Source: an uncultured Planctomycetia bacterium (GTDB lineage: Bacteria > Omnitrophota > Gorgyraeia > Tantalellales > Tantalellaceae). Taken from it: a stretch of DNA of 64,000 nt. The notes under the pieces were generated by a model, which did no database searches, had not been told where the DNA came from, and saw nothing but the letters and a program-made list of their open reading frames with translations. Shown here one piece after another: positions 9,848 through 20,211 of the stretch. Position numbers and translations under genes: made by a program. The stretch is from positions 91,819-155,818 of the forward strand of contig CAYQUS010000001.1 in NCBI GenBank assembly GCA_964421015.1. Direction: 5' to 3'. How positions within the stretch are numbered: the stretch's first letter is position 1; every line of letters starts with the position of its first letter.

Positions 9848-10648
9848 TCAGAAAAATGAATTCTCCTTGCCCGGGAAAACCCCGGACTCGACGTCTTTCT
9901 TAAAACTTTCCACGGCGTTTCTCATGACATCTCCCACATTAGCATACCTCTTGGCGAATTTAGGCAGGAACCTGTCGAAATAACCTATAATATCGTGTGT
10001 CACCAGCACCTGACCGTCGCATCCGCTCCCCGCTCCTATTCCTATTGTGGGTATTCTTAATCTGCCTGTTATCTCTTTGGCCAGACCTGCCGGTACACAT
10101 TCAAGTGTTAGGGCAAAACATCCGGCTTTCTCCAGCTTTACGGCATCTGATATTATCTCTTCGGCTCTTTCGGGGTCCCTGCCCTGGACCTTGTACCCGC
10201 CCATCTGAGAGGAACTCTGCGGCGTTAGCCCTATATGGCCGACCACGGGAATACCCGCCGACACTATAGCCTCGGCCCTCTGGGCCATTTCTCCTCCGAG
10301 TTCTATCTTAACTGCGTCGCAACCGGCTTCTTTGATAAGCCTGCCCGCGTTCCTGACGGCGCTCTCGCTGCTGGCCTGGTACGACATAAAGGGCATATCG
10401 GCTATTACCAGAGCCCTCTCTACGCCCCTTACAACAGCCTTTGCGTGGTGTATCATCTCCCTCATAGTCACCTTTACGGTGGAGTCGTGACCTAGCACCA
10501 CCATCCCAAGGGAATCCCCCACGAGAACCGCGTCAATACCGCACGAGTCCACTATCCGCGCCATCGGATAGTCATACGCGGTAAGAACCGTTATTTTTTC
10601 ACCCGACAGCTTTTTTCTGGCGAAATCCAGAACAGTAGTTTTTTTCAT
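9848..10648 (-). CDS. panB: 3-methyl-2-oxobutanoate hydroxymethyltransferase (ketopantoate hydroxymethyltransferase)
   Basis: ITVLTAYDYPMARIVDSCGIDAVLVGDSLGMV.. strongly PanB; 266 aa. Confidence 0.9.
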   Translation of the reverse strand: MKKTTVLDFARKKLSGEKITVLTAYDYPMARIVDSCGIDAVLVGDSLGMVVLGHDSTVKVTMREMIHHAKAVVRGVERALVIADMPFMSYQASSESAVRNAGRLIKEAGCDAVKIELGGEMAQRAEAIVSAGIPVVGHIGLTPQSSSQMGGYKVQGRDPERAEEIISDAVKLEKAGCFALTLECVPAGLAKEITGRLRIPTIGIGAGSGCDGQVLVTHDIIGYFDRFLPKFAKRYANVGDVMRNAVESFKKDVESGVFPGKENSFF

Positions 10649-10661
10649 CTCACAGCTCCGG

Positions 10662-11402
10662 TCAGACTATCCCTTCCAGATATTCCTCGAAATCCACCGT
10701 TATAGGACAAAAATAAACGTTAAAATTGTCATCCCGGGAAAACTCCAGCACCTCTTTGGCGAAATCCTGGTTCCACTTCATTGTACACTCGAAGTCCGGC
10801 GGAAAAATAACTTTGTTCTTCGTTTCCCAGTAATGCCTCGAAGACTCCCTTATGACCGGGGCCAGGCCCCAGAACACCGGAACTCCAGGCAGGGACGACA
10901 CCCATTTTTCCAAAAGACGCGTATCAAAAAAAGGCTGTGTGAAGAAACCATCGGCTCCGCTGTCTATTTTCTTTTTCGCGTATTCAAGCTCGCTCCTGAA
11001 ACTTCCTCGCCACTGGTCAAGCCCGGCGTATACTTTTATATGGGGCCAGTCTTTCTTGAGCTTTTTTATGAGATGAAGAGAATCGCAAGGTTCGGAACTC
11101 TTTGAGATTATATCGGGGTTATCCCCGAGGATAACAAGCGCCTCCTTGATCCCCTGTTCCTGAAAAAGAACAGAACACGGCATGCTTTCGGAACGCGAAA
11201 CGGATACCGCTCTTATGTGAGGTATGATGTCCTTAAAGTAGCCTCCCGCGACGTCGCAGGCTTCCGGTATGCGCATGTCAAACTTCAATATGTCGGGTAT
11301 ATTCAGCGTGTCGATGCGGGGGAACTTCTCCCTCACCGTATTGAGTTCGTCGGCGAAAGATTTTCTGTCACGCGGCACGATTTCGAGTGATATCCTTCCC
11401 AT
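10662..11402 (-). CDS. Methylenetetrahydrofolate reductase-like protein (short, divergent MetF family)
   Basis: ISLEIVPR (cf. MetF SFEFFPPR) near N-terminus and GADGFFTQPFFD (cf. GANRAITQFFFD); only 246 aa. Confidence 0.6.
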   Translation of the reverse strand: MGRISLEIVPRDRKSFADELNTVREKFPRIDTLNIPDILKFDMRIPEACDVAGGYFKDIIPHIRAVSVSRSESMPCSVLFQEQGIKEALVILGDNPDIISKSSEPCDSLHLIKKLKKDWPHIKVYAGLDQWRGSFRSELEYAKKKIDSGADGFFTQPFFDTRLLEKWVSSLPGVPVFWGLAPVIRESSRHYWETKNKVIFPPDFECTMKWNQDFAKEVLEFSRDDNFNVYFCPITVDFEEYLEGIV

Positions 11403-12286
11403 TATTGCTCTTTTTCTTTTTTCCCCTGGTCCAGCACCCTGCTCCTGTAGGAACGAAAGACATTCCTCATAAGTATGGCCACCGTAACCGGCCCCACTCC
11501 ACCGGGCACCGGAGTCACAAGAGAAGCTTTTTTCGAAACTTCATCAAAATCTACATCTCCCACTATTCTGTCCCCGACCCTGTTTATACCTACGTCAATT
11601 ACGGCCGCCCCGGGTTTTATCCAGTCGCCTTTTACCATGTTAGCCCTTCCCACGGCCACTATCAGGATATCAGCTCTGCGGCAATGCTCCTTAAGATCTC
11701 CCTTTTCGTGGGTGCCTATGTGACACACCGTGGTAGTAGCCAGCGCATTAAGCATCATAAGGCTCAAAGGTTTTCCCACTATGGCGGAATGCCCTATTAT
11801 CACTACCTCCTTGCCGAAAAGATCCATACCCTCGGAAGTGATAACCTTCATAACGGCTCCCGGCGTGCATGGCACGATCTCCGCTTCCATTCTCAATATC
11901 CTGCCGAGATTATAGGGGTGTATACCTTCAGCGTCTTTCCAAGGGTCGAGGCTGGCGACTATCTTGTCGTGGCTTATATCCCCCGGCAGAGGCTTCTGGA
12001 CTATGACCGAAGTCACTGAGTCGTCGCTGTTAAGATCCTTTATTCTGGAAAGTATTTCCTCCTGCGTGGAACTGCCCGGAAGCTCGATGGGCATGAACTC
12101 TATGCCGACGTCAAGCGCCAGTCTTCTTTGCATATTGACGTAAATATCCGCCCCCTCGCTCCTCCCGGCAGAAAGCGATACAAGCCTGGGTTTGAGGCCT
12201 GATGACGCATAAAGTTCCTTGATCTTGCTCCGCACGGAATCGCTCATCTCTCGGGCGATCTTTCTGCCGTCCACTATCTTCGCCAT
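11402..12286 (-). CDS. folD: Bifunctional methylenetetrahydrofolate dehydrogenase / methenyl-THF cyclohydrolase
   Basis: MAKIVDGRKIAREM start, Rossmann GxSxxVGxP region (GHSAIVGKPL) and PGGVGPVTVA motif; start trimmed to MAKIVDG. Confidence 0.9.
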   Translation of the reverse strand: MAKIVDGRKIAREMSDSVRSKIKELYASSGLKPRLVSLSAGRSEGADIYVNMQRRLALDVGIEFMPIELPGSSTQEEILSRIKDLNSDDSVTSVIVQKPLPGDISHDKIVASLDPWKDAEGIHPYNLGRILRMEAEIVPCTPGAVMKVITSEGMDLFGKEVVIIGHSAIVGKPLSLMMLNALATTTVCHIGTHEKGDLKEHCRRADILIVAVGRANMVKGDWIKPGAAVIDVGINRVGDRIVGDVDFDEVSKKASLVTPVPGGVGPVTVAILMRNVFRSYRSRVLDQGKKEKEQ

Positions 12287-12294
12287 CGGTGGCT

Positions 12295-12909
12295 TCACTT
12301 CCTTTCTGCTTTAAGTATGCCGGCTTCCCGTAGCCGACTGTTTATCGAGGAAGAATCTGACTCTATCCCGGCCGCCATTTCAAGAAGCTCTCCTGTTAAT
12401 TCGGATGAAACTTTCCCAGGGCCTATCCCATCCAGATTGATCTCAACGTTGACACGAGCTGAGTAAAAAGCCGAGCGGAGGATACCGCTGGCACAGGCTA
12501 TATCGGCCGTTATGGACCCCTTGACAAGATCAAGCAATCTGAGTGATATCCGCATGGATTCACGGGAAACACGGCATACCCTCATGGGCACATCAGCGGC
12601 GGAAATATATTCTTCAGGCGTGACCTTTTTGAGGGAGATCGCGTTCATGAGCGCGGTAAAAGCTTCACAATCCTCGTTTATAAGGCTTAAAGCCTCCCTC
12701 ATGAGAGCCGCTTGACGTTCCTTCAGCTCTGAAAGTTCCTGAGCCTTGTCGGGGTCGGTCCTCGGAGATATACCGAAATTTATGACCATTGTGTTAAGCG
12801 CCGCTCCCAAAGCGGCCACCAGAGCAGAGGCGCTACCTCCCCCGGGAGAAACTTTCCTCGAGGCAAGATCATTTACGTATTCCGCAAGCGGAGTTTTTAT
12901 ATAGTCCAC
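12295..12909 (-). CDS. fchA: Cyclodeaminase/cyclohydrolase family protein (FTCD C-terminal-like; methenyl-THF cyclohydrolase FchA-like)
   Basis: VSPGGGSASALVAALGAAL motif characteristic of the formiminotransferase-cyclodeaminase helical domain; 204 aa. Confidence 0.7.
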   Translation of the reverse strand: MDYIKTPLAEYVNDLASRKVSPGGGSASALVAALGAALNTMVINFGISPRTDPDKAQELSELKERQAALMREALSLINEDCEAFTALMNAISLKKVTPEEYISAADVPMRVCRVSRESMRISLRLLDLVKGSITADIACASGILRSAFYSARVNVEINLDGIGPGKVSSELTGELLEMAAGIESDSSSINSRLREAGILKAERK

Positions 12910-12938
12910 AAGACCTCCTCTTGAGGGGTTTCCCTACC

Positions 12939-14642
12939 CTAGAAAAGCCCCTTTATCGCCCCCGTCTTAACATCAACGTCCACTCCGGCAGAACGGGGAA
13001 GCTTAGGCATCCCGGGCATGGTGTTAACCCCTTCGCACAGCACCACTATGTACCCCGCTCCGGACTCGACCACAACATCCTCTATCATCAGCCTGAACCC
13101 TTTAGGTCTTCCCTTTTTTTCCGGGTTATTGGTGAGCGACAAGTGAGTTTTGGCCATACAGACCGGGAATTTATCCAGGCCCGCCGCAACTATTCTTGCC
13201 ATACTCTCCGCTGCCTCTTCCGAGTATTTAACTTCGCTGGCCCCGTACATCGATTTGGCGACCCTTTCTATTTTACTTTCAAGGGGCATGTCCACGGGAT
13301 ACAGATATCTCATCTTAGCTTTTTCGGAGCACGCCTTCACAACAACTTTAGCAAGGTCCATGGCTCCGGCGCTGCCCGCTCTGTACGCGTCACATACTGC
13401 CACTCCCTGGACCCCGAGCGCCTCCACACGCCTTAAGACAACATCTATTTCTTTTCTGGTATCAGATTCAAAACGGTTGATGCTGACCACTATGGGTATC
13501 CCGAAAAGTTTCAGGTTCTCTACCTGTTTTTCCAGGTTAGAACAGCCTCTGTCAACGGCCGAGAGGTTCTCTTTCTTGAGCTCCGGAGGAAGAGACGACC
13601 CCTTCGAAGCGAAATCCCCGCTGTGTATCTTAAGCGCTCTCACCGAGCAGTTTATCACTACCGCGTCGGGTTTTAGCCCGGACTGCCTGCACTTTATATC
13701 GATGAACTTTTCCGCTCCCAGGTCGGCGCCAAAACCGCTTTCCGTGACCGTGTAATCGGAAAGTTTGAGAGCCAGCTTATCCGCTATAACGGAACTGGAT
13801 CCGTGAGAAGTATTGGCGAAGGCCCCGGTGTGCACAAAACAGGCAGTATGTTCCATCGTCTGCAGGAGATTCGGGTTAAGAGCGTCCTTAAGGAGCGCCG
13901 TCATGGCACCCGCGGCCTTTATATCTTCCGCTTTAACCGGTTTTCCGGCGGGATCGAACCCAAGAGTGATCCGTCCGAGCCTGGCGCGAAGGTCCTTAAG
14001 GTCCTCCGAAAGGGAGAGTACCGCCATGCATTCCCCGGCCGGGGTTATATCCATGCCGGTCCTGCGGTTGACACCGTGCAGTTTTCCCCCTCCGCCTATG
14101 GACATGTTCCTGAGAGCCCTGTCGCTTATGTCAGAAACCCTCTTCCAGGTTATCCCGTCTTTGTCCGGCATCCCTTTTTCTTCCCAGAAAAGACAGTTAT
14201 CCAGCATAGCCGCGCACAAGTTCTGAGCCGAAGCGACGGCATAAGAATCACCGGTGAGATATAGCCCCAATTCTTCCTGCGGCAGTACCTGGCAAAGACC
14301 TCCGCCGGTTCCGCTTCCTTTTATACCGAAAGTCGGCCCCAAAGAAGACTGTCTTATACAGGCTATGGATTTCTTCTTCATGCGGTTGAGGGCCATAGAA
14401 AGTCCTATCGTCGTAACGGTTTTACCCTCACCGAACTGGGTCGGAGTTATGGAAGTCACAAGGATATGTTTTCCGGGTTTTCGTTTCTTCAAAGATAAAA
14501 GCAATTCCTCACAAGATATCTTCGCGACATAGTTGCCGTACTTTTTGATGTATTTCCCGGATATACCGAATTTTCTGGCGATATCGCCTATATCGGCCAG
14601 TTTAACCGAGGAAGCGACTCGCAAGTTATGACTGTACACCAT
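12939..14642 (-). CDS. fhs: Formate--tetrahydrofolate ligase
   Basis: 567 aa, SDIEIA-type N-terminus (LADIGDIARKFGI), TPTQFGEGKTVTTIGL P-loop, classic Fhs. Confidence 0.9.
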   Translation of the reverse strand: MVYSHNLRVASSVKLADIGDIARKFGISGKYIKKYGNYVAKISCEELLLSLKKRKPGKHILVTSITPTQFGEGKTVTTIGLSMALNRMKKKSIACIRQSSLGPTFGIKGSGTGGGLCQVLPQEELGLYLTGDSYAVASAQNLCAAMLDNCLFWEEKGMPDKDGITWKRVSDISDRALRNMSIGGGGKLHGVNRRTGMDITPAGECMAVLSLSEDLKDLRARLGRITLGFDPAGKPVKAEDIKAAGAMTALLKDALNPNLLQTMEHTACFVHTGAFANTSHGSSSVIADKLALKLSDYTVTESGFGADLGAEKFIDIKCRQSGLKPDAVVINCSVRALKIHSGDFASKGSSLPPELKKENLSAVDRGCSNLEKQVENLKLFGIPIVVSINRFESDTRKEIDVVLRRVEALGVQGVAVCDAYRAGSAGAMDLAKVVVKACSEKAKMRYLYPVDMPLESKIERVAKSMYGASEVKYSEEAAESMARIVAAGLDKFPVCMAKTHLSLTNNPEKKGRPKGFRLMIEDVVVESGAGYIVVLCEGVNTMPGMPKLPRSAGVDVDVKTGAIKGLF

Positions 14643-14696
14643 ATCGATCTCCTTTTTTGTAGGGCCGTCTATCCGGCCTACCCCCGGAGCGAACCG

Positions 14697-15320
14697 TCAT
14701 CCTCCGAAAGGGCCGAAAGTTTTTCTGTGTATGGGTGAAAAACCATTCATCCTTATAGCCTCGATATGCGCCTTGGTTCCGTACCCCTTGTGCTGACTGA
14801 AACCGTAAACAGGATATTTTCTGTCCTCGTCGAGCATTATCCTGTCACGGGTAACTTTGGCTACTATCGAGGCAGCGGCAATGGACAAGCTCTTCTCCTC
14901 ACCGCGAAAAAGATACGTTCTCGCATGCAGGGTATCCACTGGCATCTTGCCGTCTATAAGAAGATATTCCGGATCCGGCTTGAGTTCCTCGACAGCCATC
15001 CGCATTGCCATTAGAGTAGCCTGGAAAATGTTTATTTTATCTATGGTCTCCGGCCCCACGACACCAAGGCCCACTTCACAACGCTCAAGTATCTCGATAT
15101 ACGACCTTTCCCTCATCCCGGGTGACATTTTCTTCGAATCGTCGATCCTTTCCCTGAAAGACGCGTCGCGTATCACCACGGCCGCTGCCACAACAGGCCC
15201 CGCCAATGGCCCCCGGCCCGCCTCATCTATGCCGGCCACCCTGAGAAACCCTTCTTCGAAGGCTTTTCTCTCATGTACCAGCCTGTCAGGAAAAACTTTC
15301 TCAATCCTTTTTCTGGGCAA
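14697..15320 (-). CDS. rnhB: Ribonuclease HII
   Basis: [16 protein letters not shown] catalytic motif. Confidence 0.9.
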   Translation of the reverse strand: MPRKRIEKVFPDRLVHERKAFEEGFLRVAGIDEAGRGPLAGPVVAAAVVIRDASFRERIDDSKKMSPGMRERSYIEILERCEVGLGVVGPETIDKINIFQATLMAMRMAVEELKPDPEYLLIDGKMPVDTLHARTYLFRGEEKSLSIAAASIVAKVTRDRIMLDEDRKYPVYGFSQHKGYGTKAHIEAIRMNGFSPIHRKTFGPFGG

Positions 15321-15660
15321 TTTTTTCCTTCACTTTGGTGGCTTTCTTACCCGTCTTGTCCCTCAAAAAGTAAAGTTTGGCCCTGCGGACTTTTCCCCGT
15401 TTTTTTACCACCACTTTTTCTATGCGCGGCGAATAGAGCGGGAAGATCCTTTCCACGCCTTCCCCGTACGATATTCTTCTGACGGTAAATGTCTTGCTCA
15501 TCCCCTTGCCTTTCTTCCCGATGACTATCCCGCCGAAAAGCTGAACACGCATCTTGTTCTCTTCTTTTACCTTGAAGTGAACATCCACGGTGTCCCCTAT
15601 CTCGAATTCCGGGGTTTTTCTGTCGCTATATTTTTTTTCTATAGCCGCTATCTTGTCCAT
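15301..15660 (-). CDS. rplS: 50S ribosomal protein L19 (with Lys-rich C-terminal extension)
   Basis: [46 protein letters not shown]..; start trimmed from longer ORF to MDKI. Confidence 0.9.
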   Translation of the reverse strand: MDKIAAIEKKYSDRKTPEFEIGDTVDVHFKVKEENKMRVQLFGGIVIGKKGKGMSKTFTVRRISYGEGVERIFPLYSPRIEKVVVKKRGKVRRAKLYFLRDKTGKKATKVKEKIAQKKD

Positions 15661-15722
15661 TTCTCTCTCCTCGTTTTTTGTGCGTCCCTGCACTTATTTA
15701 CATGTCACAAATGTCTCTCGGT

Positions 15723-16403
15723 TCACTTCAGAAGGTCCGGCCGTCGGGATCGCGTTCTTTCCAAGGCTTTTTCTCCCCGCCATTTATTAATCTTTTTCGG
15801 ATCGCCGCAAAGAAGAACATCCGGCACCTTCATACCCTTGTACTCATAGGGCCTTGTGTATTGCGGATATTCCAGCATTCCCGACTCAAAAGACTCTTCC
15901 ATCAAACATCCCGAATCTCCAAGTACCCCGGGTTTGAGCCTCACCACAGCATCACACACTGCCATTGCCGGTATCTCCCCGCAAGTGAGGATATAATCTC
16001 CCACCGACAACTCCATATCGACCAGCTCTCTTATTCTCTCATCAAACCCCTCGTAATGCCCGCATATGAGAACAAGATGCCTTTTTTCGAAAAACCTCCT
16101 TGCTACCGTCTGATCGAAAGTCTCTCCTTGCGGGGTCAGGAGAACCACCAGAGTTTCGTTTTCGCCGGCGCTAATTTTCCTTATATCTGCCAGAGCCCTG
16201 TCTATCGGCTCGACTTTCATCACCATACCGGGTCCGCCTCCGTAAGGCTTGTCGTCAGCCGTACGGTGCCTGTCATTCGTCCAATCCCTGATGTCCCTGG
16301 TATTTATCTCTACTATACCCCTCTCCCGGGCTATCTTCATCATAGACTCGTCAAAAACACCCCTGAACATTCCCGGGAAAAGAGTAAGAATATCTATGAC
16401 CAT
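15723..16403 (-). CDS. trmD: tRNA (guanine37-N1)-methyltransferase
   Basis: MVIDILTLFPGMF..PYGGGPGMVM SPOUT knot motifs. Confidence 0.9.
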   Translation of the reverse strand: MVIDILTLFPGMFRGVFDESMMKIARERGIVEINTRDIRDWTNDRHRTADDKPYGGGPGMVMKVEPIDRALADIRKISAGENETLVVLLTPQGETFDQTVARRFFEKRHLVLICGHYEGFDERIRELVDMELSVGDYILTCGEIPAMAVCDAVVRLKPGVLGDSGCLMEESFESGMLEYPQYTRPYEYKGMKVPDVLLCGDPKKINKWRGEKALERTRSRRPDLLK

Positions 16404-16456
16404 ATTCTGATATCCTGTTTCTCCGGCGCCGTATCCCCGCCGGAGGAACGAGGGAT

Positions 16457-16696
16457 CTATCCGTTAACCCTTTTAATTATGTCCTTCACCGTATCCGAAG
16501 GTTTGGCTCCGCTTTTCAGCCAGTAATCCACCCTGGTCTTGTCAAGCTCAACGGAAGCTTTACCTTTTTTAGGATCATAGAACCCAAGCTCCTCGATGGT
16601 TTTGCCGTCCCTTTTCTCGCTTTTTGTTATTGCCACTATACGGTAGAAAGGTTTTTTCTTGGTTCCCATTTTCTTTAATCTCAAAACAACAGACAT
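16457..16696 (-). CDS. rpsP: 30S ribosomal protein S16
   Basis: MSVVLRLKKMGTKKKPFYRIVAITKSEKRDG typical S16. Confidence 0.9.
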   Translation of the reverse strand: MSVVLRLKKMGTKKKPFYRIVAITKSEKRDGKTIEELGFYDPKKGKASVELDKTRVDYWLKSGAKPSDTVKDIIKRVNG

Positions 16697-16728
16697 TATC
16701 TTTTCTCCTCCTTTGATTGCACTTCTTC

Positions 16729-18000
16729 CTACGACTCGTCCTTTACTCTTTTTATCCTTGCCCCTACTTTTGAGAGTTTTTCCTCTATTTTTTCATAACC
16801 CCTGTCCAGGTGATATATCCTGTGTATCTCAGTTTCCCCTTCCGCTACCAGTCCGGCAAGAACAAGAGCCGCCGAGGCCCTCAGATCCGAAGCCATCACC
16901 GGGGCTCCGCTGAGGCGGTTCACACCCTTGACTATGGCCGTGGCTCCCTCCAGAAGTATATTGGCACCCATCCTGTTAAGCTCGCTTATGTGAATGAACC
17001 TCTCCGGGTAAACTTTTTCGGTTATTACGCTGATTCCAGCCGAGAGTGACACAAGGCTCATCATTTGCGCCTGAAGATCGGTAGGGAACCCCGGATATGT
17101 GAAGGTAGTGACATCAGTAGGTTTTATTTTTCTATTGAGCCTTGAAACTGTTACGCAACCGTCTGATTCTTCTACAAGCCCCCCTATTTCCCTGAGCTTG
17201 TCCACTAACGCTATATTATGCTCTATTTCCGAGCCGTGTATCTTTAGTTTTCCATCGGTTATGATCGCGGCCATCATGTAAGTCCCGGCTTCTATCCTGT
17301 CGGGGATGACCGAGTGATTAGCCCCTTTGAGTTTTTTAACTCCTCTTATCCTCAGAGTAGGAGTTCCCGCGCCTCTTATGTCAGCTCCCATCTTGACCAG
17401 AAAATCAGCCAGATCCGTCACCTCAGGCTCGCAAGCGGCGTCCTCTATAACGGTTTCTCCATTTGCCATTACGGCCGCCATCATAGTGTTGGCCGTGGCA
17501 AGCACGCTTGAACCGAAATGGCCGCCAAGGTACACCCTAGAGCCTTTCAGCTTTTTACCCTTGGCCACAATATAACCTTCTTCAACTGTTATCTCCGCAC
17601 CGAGGGCGCGCAGTCCCTTAAGGTGCAGATCCACCGGCCTTGGGCCGATCACACAGCCCCCGGGGAAAGAGACTTTTGCCTCTCCGTATTTCGCCAAGAG
17701 AGGCCCAAGGACAGCTATGGACGCTCGCATGGTTCTTACAAGATCATACTGCGCAGTGAGGCTTGTTACCTTTCCTCCTGAAACTTCTATGGTACCGTTA
17801 CTTTTTTTTACGCGCCTACCCATGCCCTCAAGTATTTTGAGCATTGTAGAAACATCTTTAAGGTCCGGAACATTGCTTATTTCGCATTTGTCGTCCGTAA
17901 GCAGTGTTGCCGCTAGAAGAGGCAAACACGCGTTCTTGGCTCCGCTTATGGTTATTGATCCGGAAAGTTTTCTTCCACCCTCGATAACGAGCTTATCCAT
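16729..18000 (-). CDS. murA: UDP-N-acetylglucosamine 1-carboxyvinyltransferase
   Basis: [25 protein letters not shown]-terminus, 423 aa EPSP-synthase fold. Confidence 0.9.
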   Translation of the reverse strand: MDKLVIEGGRKLSGSITISGAKNACLPLLAATLLTDDKCEISNVPDLKDVSTMLKILEGMGRRVKKSNGTIEVSGGKVTSLTAQYDLVRTMRASIAVLGPLLAKYGEAKVSFPGGCVIGPRPVDLHLKGLRALGAEITVEEGYIVAKGKKLKGSRVYLGGHFGSSVLATANTMMAAVMANGETVIEDAACEPEVTDLADFLVKMGADIRGAGTPTLRIRGVKKLKGANHSVIPDRIEAGTYMMAAIITDGKLKIHGSEIEHNIALVDKLREIGGLVEESDGCVTVSRLNRKIKPTDVTTFTYPGFPTDLQAQMMSLVSLSAGISVITEKVYPERFIHISELNRMGANILLEGATAIVKGVNRLSGAPVMASDLRASAALVLAGLVAEGETEIHRIYHLDRGYEKIEEKLSKVGARIKRVKDES

Positions 18001-18697
18001 TTTTCCTTCCTATCACAACTCTGTTAAATCCGTTCCCGTCCCTGATAGCCTCTATGCGGCTGAATCCGTTCTCCGCCATTTTGTCCCGCACCTTGCGGGA
18101 CTGGTCGTATCCTACTTCCAGAGCCAAAAAACCGCCTTTTCTTATGAACTTTCCGCTTTCCTCACACAGTATCTCGAGAAAGTCCAAACCTTCCCTTCCG
18201 CCTCTTAACGCTACCTCAGGTTCCGCTTTCACCCATGGGTCAAGAAATTCAAAATCCCTGTCGGAAACGTACGGCGGATTGGAAACCACGGCGTCATACG
18301 CTTCTTCGTCATCCGATGAAAACCCGGAAAACATATCCGAGGCAAACGTCCGTATCCTGTCTGAAAGATCAAAAACACCTACGTTCTCGACGGCGACCTG
18401 TAAAGCTTCGGAAGACACATCCACAGCTTTTATCTTTGCCCCGGGGAGCATGCGTGAAATAGCTATTGCCACCGCCCCGCTTCCGGTGCACATATCAACA
18501 ACTTTCGGCTCCGCAACCGACGAACGCGAAAGCTCATCTACCGCCGTTCTAACAAGTATCTCTGTTTCGGGTCTGGGTATAAGGACCCGGGGATCGACTT
18601 TTATCCTCATCCCCATAAAAAGCGAAAAACCGTCTTCATACTGCACCGGAACGGTTTCGGAATATTCTCTTCCAGCCTTCCCGTAACGCATTTTCAC
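17993..18697 (-). CDS. prmC: Release factor glutamine N5-methyltransferase PrmC (HemK)
   Basis: [17 protein letters not shown] motif and NPPY; overlaps prfA stop by 4 nt (prfA-prmC operon). Confidence 0.85.
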   Translation of the reverse strand: MKMRYGKAGREYSETVPVQYEDGFSLFMGMRIKVDPRVLIPRPETEILVRTAVDELSRSSVAEPKVVDMCTGSGAVAIAISRMLPGAKIKAVDVSSEALQVAVENVGVFDLSDRIRTFASDMFSGFSSDDEEAYDAVVSNPPYVSDRDFEFLDPWVKAEPEVALRGGREGLDFLEILCEESGKFIRKGGFLALEVGYDQSRKVRDKMAENGFSRIEAIRDGNGFNRVVIGRKNG

Positions 18698-19785
18698 CCG
18701 CCCAACTCGGAACTCTCGAGTTTGAGCCGCCTATCGGCCTCAAGAAGCCCGTTTATAAGATCATCGAGATCCCCATCCATGATATCCGCAAGCTTGTACA
18801 GGGTCAAGTTCACCCTGTGATCGGTTATCCGGTTCTCCGGGAAATTGTATGTCCGTATCTTCTCGGACCTGTCGCCTGTCCCTACCTGTTTTTTACGCTG
18901 AGCTGACCTGTCGGCGTGATGTTTCTGTTCCAAGCTCTCAAGTATCCTTGCCTTAAGGACCCTCATCGCCTTGGCCTTGTTCTTATGCTGGCTTCGTTCA
19001 TCCTGGCAGCTCACTATAACGCCCGTGGGCATATGAGTTATGCGAACAGCCGAATCAGTGGTGTTAACATGCTGCCCTCCGGCCCCGGCTGCCCTGTAAT
19101 AATCTATTTTGAGATCCTGTGGCTTTATATCCACCTCAACATCGTCCGGTTCGGGAAGAACAGCTACGGTGGCGGCCGAAGTGTGTATCCTGCCGGAGGC
19201 CTCTGTTTCAGGAACCCGCTGAACACGGTGGGTCCCCATCTCAAATTTCATATGCTTGAATACATTAACTCCTTCCACCGAAAAAACTATCTCCTTAAGT
19301 CCGCCGAGCTCTGAAATGTTCCTGCTCATAACGGATATCTTCCAGCCCTTAGAATCGGCGTATTTTGAGTACATCTTGAACAGGTCCTGCGCGAAAAGCC
19401 CGGCCTCGTTGCCTCCAGTCCCTGCCCGGATCTCCATTATCACGTTCTTCTTGCTGGTGGAAAGGTCCTCGGAAAGGACCATGTCCTCTATCCCTCTTAT
19501 CTTGCTCTCAATGGCCTGTCTGATCTCAACAAGCTCCATTTCGGCAAGCACAGAATATTCTGACTTTATCTTTTCTTCCTGGATAAGCTTTTCAAGGGAT
19601 TCCTTTTCCCGTTCAAGCTTCAGATAAGAGTCATACTCCCCTATGATCTCCTTGAGCTCGGAGTACTCCTTTGTTTTCGAGCGGTACTGGACTCTGTCAG
19701 CTATAAGCTCCTGAGAAGAAAGTTCCTGCTCCAGTTTTTTGAGTCTTTCCCTTTTTTCTTCCAGCCTTGTAAGAAATTTTTCCAT
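18694..19785 (-). CDS. prfA: Peptide chain release factor 1
   Basis: [20 protein letters not shown] (GGQ motif) and PxT-type decoding region; 363 aa. Confidence 0.9.
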   Translation of the reverse strand: MEKFLTRLEEKRERLKKLEQELSSQELIADRVQYRSKTKEYSELKEIIGEYDSYLKLEREKESLEKLIQEEKIKSEYSVLAEMELVEIRQAIESKIRGIEDMVLSEDLSTSKKNVIMEIRAGTGGNEAGLFAQDLFKMYSKYADSKGWKISVMSRNISELGGLKEIVFSVEGVNVFKHMKFEMGTHRVQRVPETEASGRIHTSAATVAVLPEPDDVEVDIKPQDLKIDYYRAAGAGGQHVNTTDSAVRITHMPTGVIVSCQDERSQHKNKAKAMRVLKARILESLEQKHHADRSAQRKKQVGTGDRSEKIRTYNFPENRITDHRVNLTLYKLADIMDGDLDDLINGLLEADRRLKLESSELGG

Positions 19786-19802
19786 GCTTAATGCGCCCGG
19801 CC

Positions 19803-19841
19803 GTAAAAAACACGGACCGGGGATATGAAAAACATCCCCGG
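19803..19841 (-). terminator. Putative rho-independent terminator after rpmE
   Basis: Minus-strand CCGGGGAT-gtttttcat-ATCCCCGG hairpin followed by tccgtgTTTTTTac. Confidence 0.5.
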
Positions 19842-19889
19842 CTGCGCCTTTCGCTTACGGGATATCTCCCGCATTTTTAATATCGTTGT

Positions 19890-20111
19890 TTACTCTTTCT
19901 CTTTTCCTGCCGCCTTGCCGGAATAACGTTTCTGGAAACGTTCCACCCTTCCCGCAGAGTCCACTAGCTTCTGCTTACCGGTGTAAAAAGGATGACATTG
20001 AGAGCAAATCTCAACGTGTATGTTTTCTTTGGAAGCCCTTGTATGCACAGTGTTTCCGCACACGCAGACTATGGTACAATCGACATATTTAGGATGTATA
20101 CCTTTTTTCAC
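19890..20111 (-). CDS. rpmE: 50S ribosomal protein L31 (zinc-ribbon type A)
   Basis: GTG start with AAGGAGGG RBS; MKKGIHPKY..CxC..CxxCHPFYTGKQK. Confidence 0.85.
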   Translation of the reverse strand: MKKGIHPKYVDCTIVCVCGNTVHTRASKENIHVEICSQCHPFYTGKQKLVDSAGRVERFQKRYSGKAAGKEKE

Positions 20112-20211
20112 TTCTAACCCTCCTTAACATTCATTATTTAAAATCCCCCGCAAAGATATAATATTTTACTCATTACGCTGCAAATATCAAGAAATATCGC
20201 AAAATCTACGC

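Noticed and set aside
15661-15693. N-terminal extensions of track ORFs (rpl[12 protein letters not shown]-, nadD MSARVNRIVLNGKTVL-, pilO 28 residues, pseudopilin 70 residues, pilin MIC-)
   Set aside because: Conserved family N-termini begin at internal Met/TTG codons, several with better RBS spacing. The extensions overlap upstream genes and are judged artefacts of longest-ORF calling.
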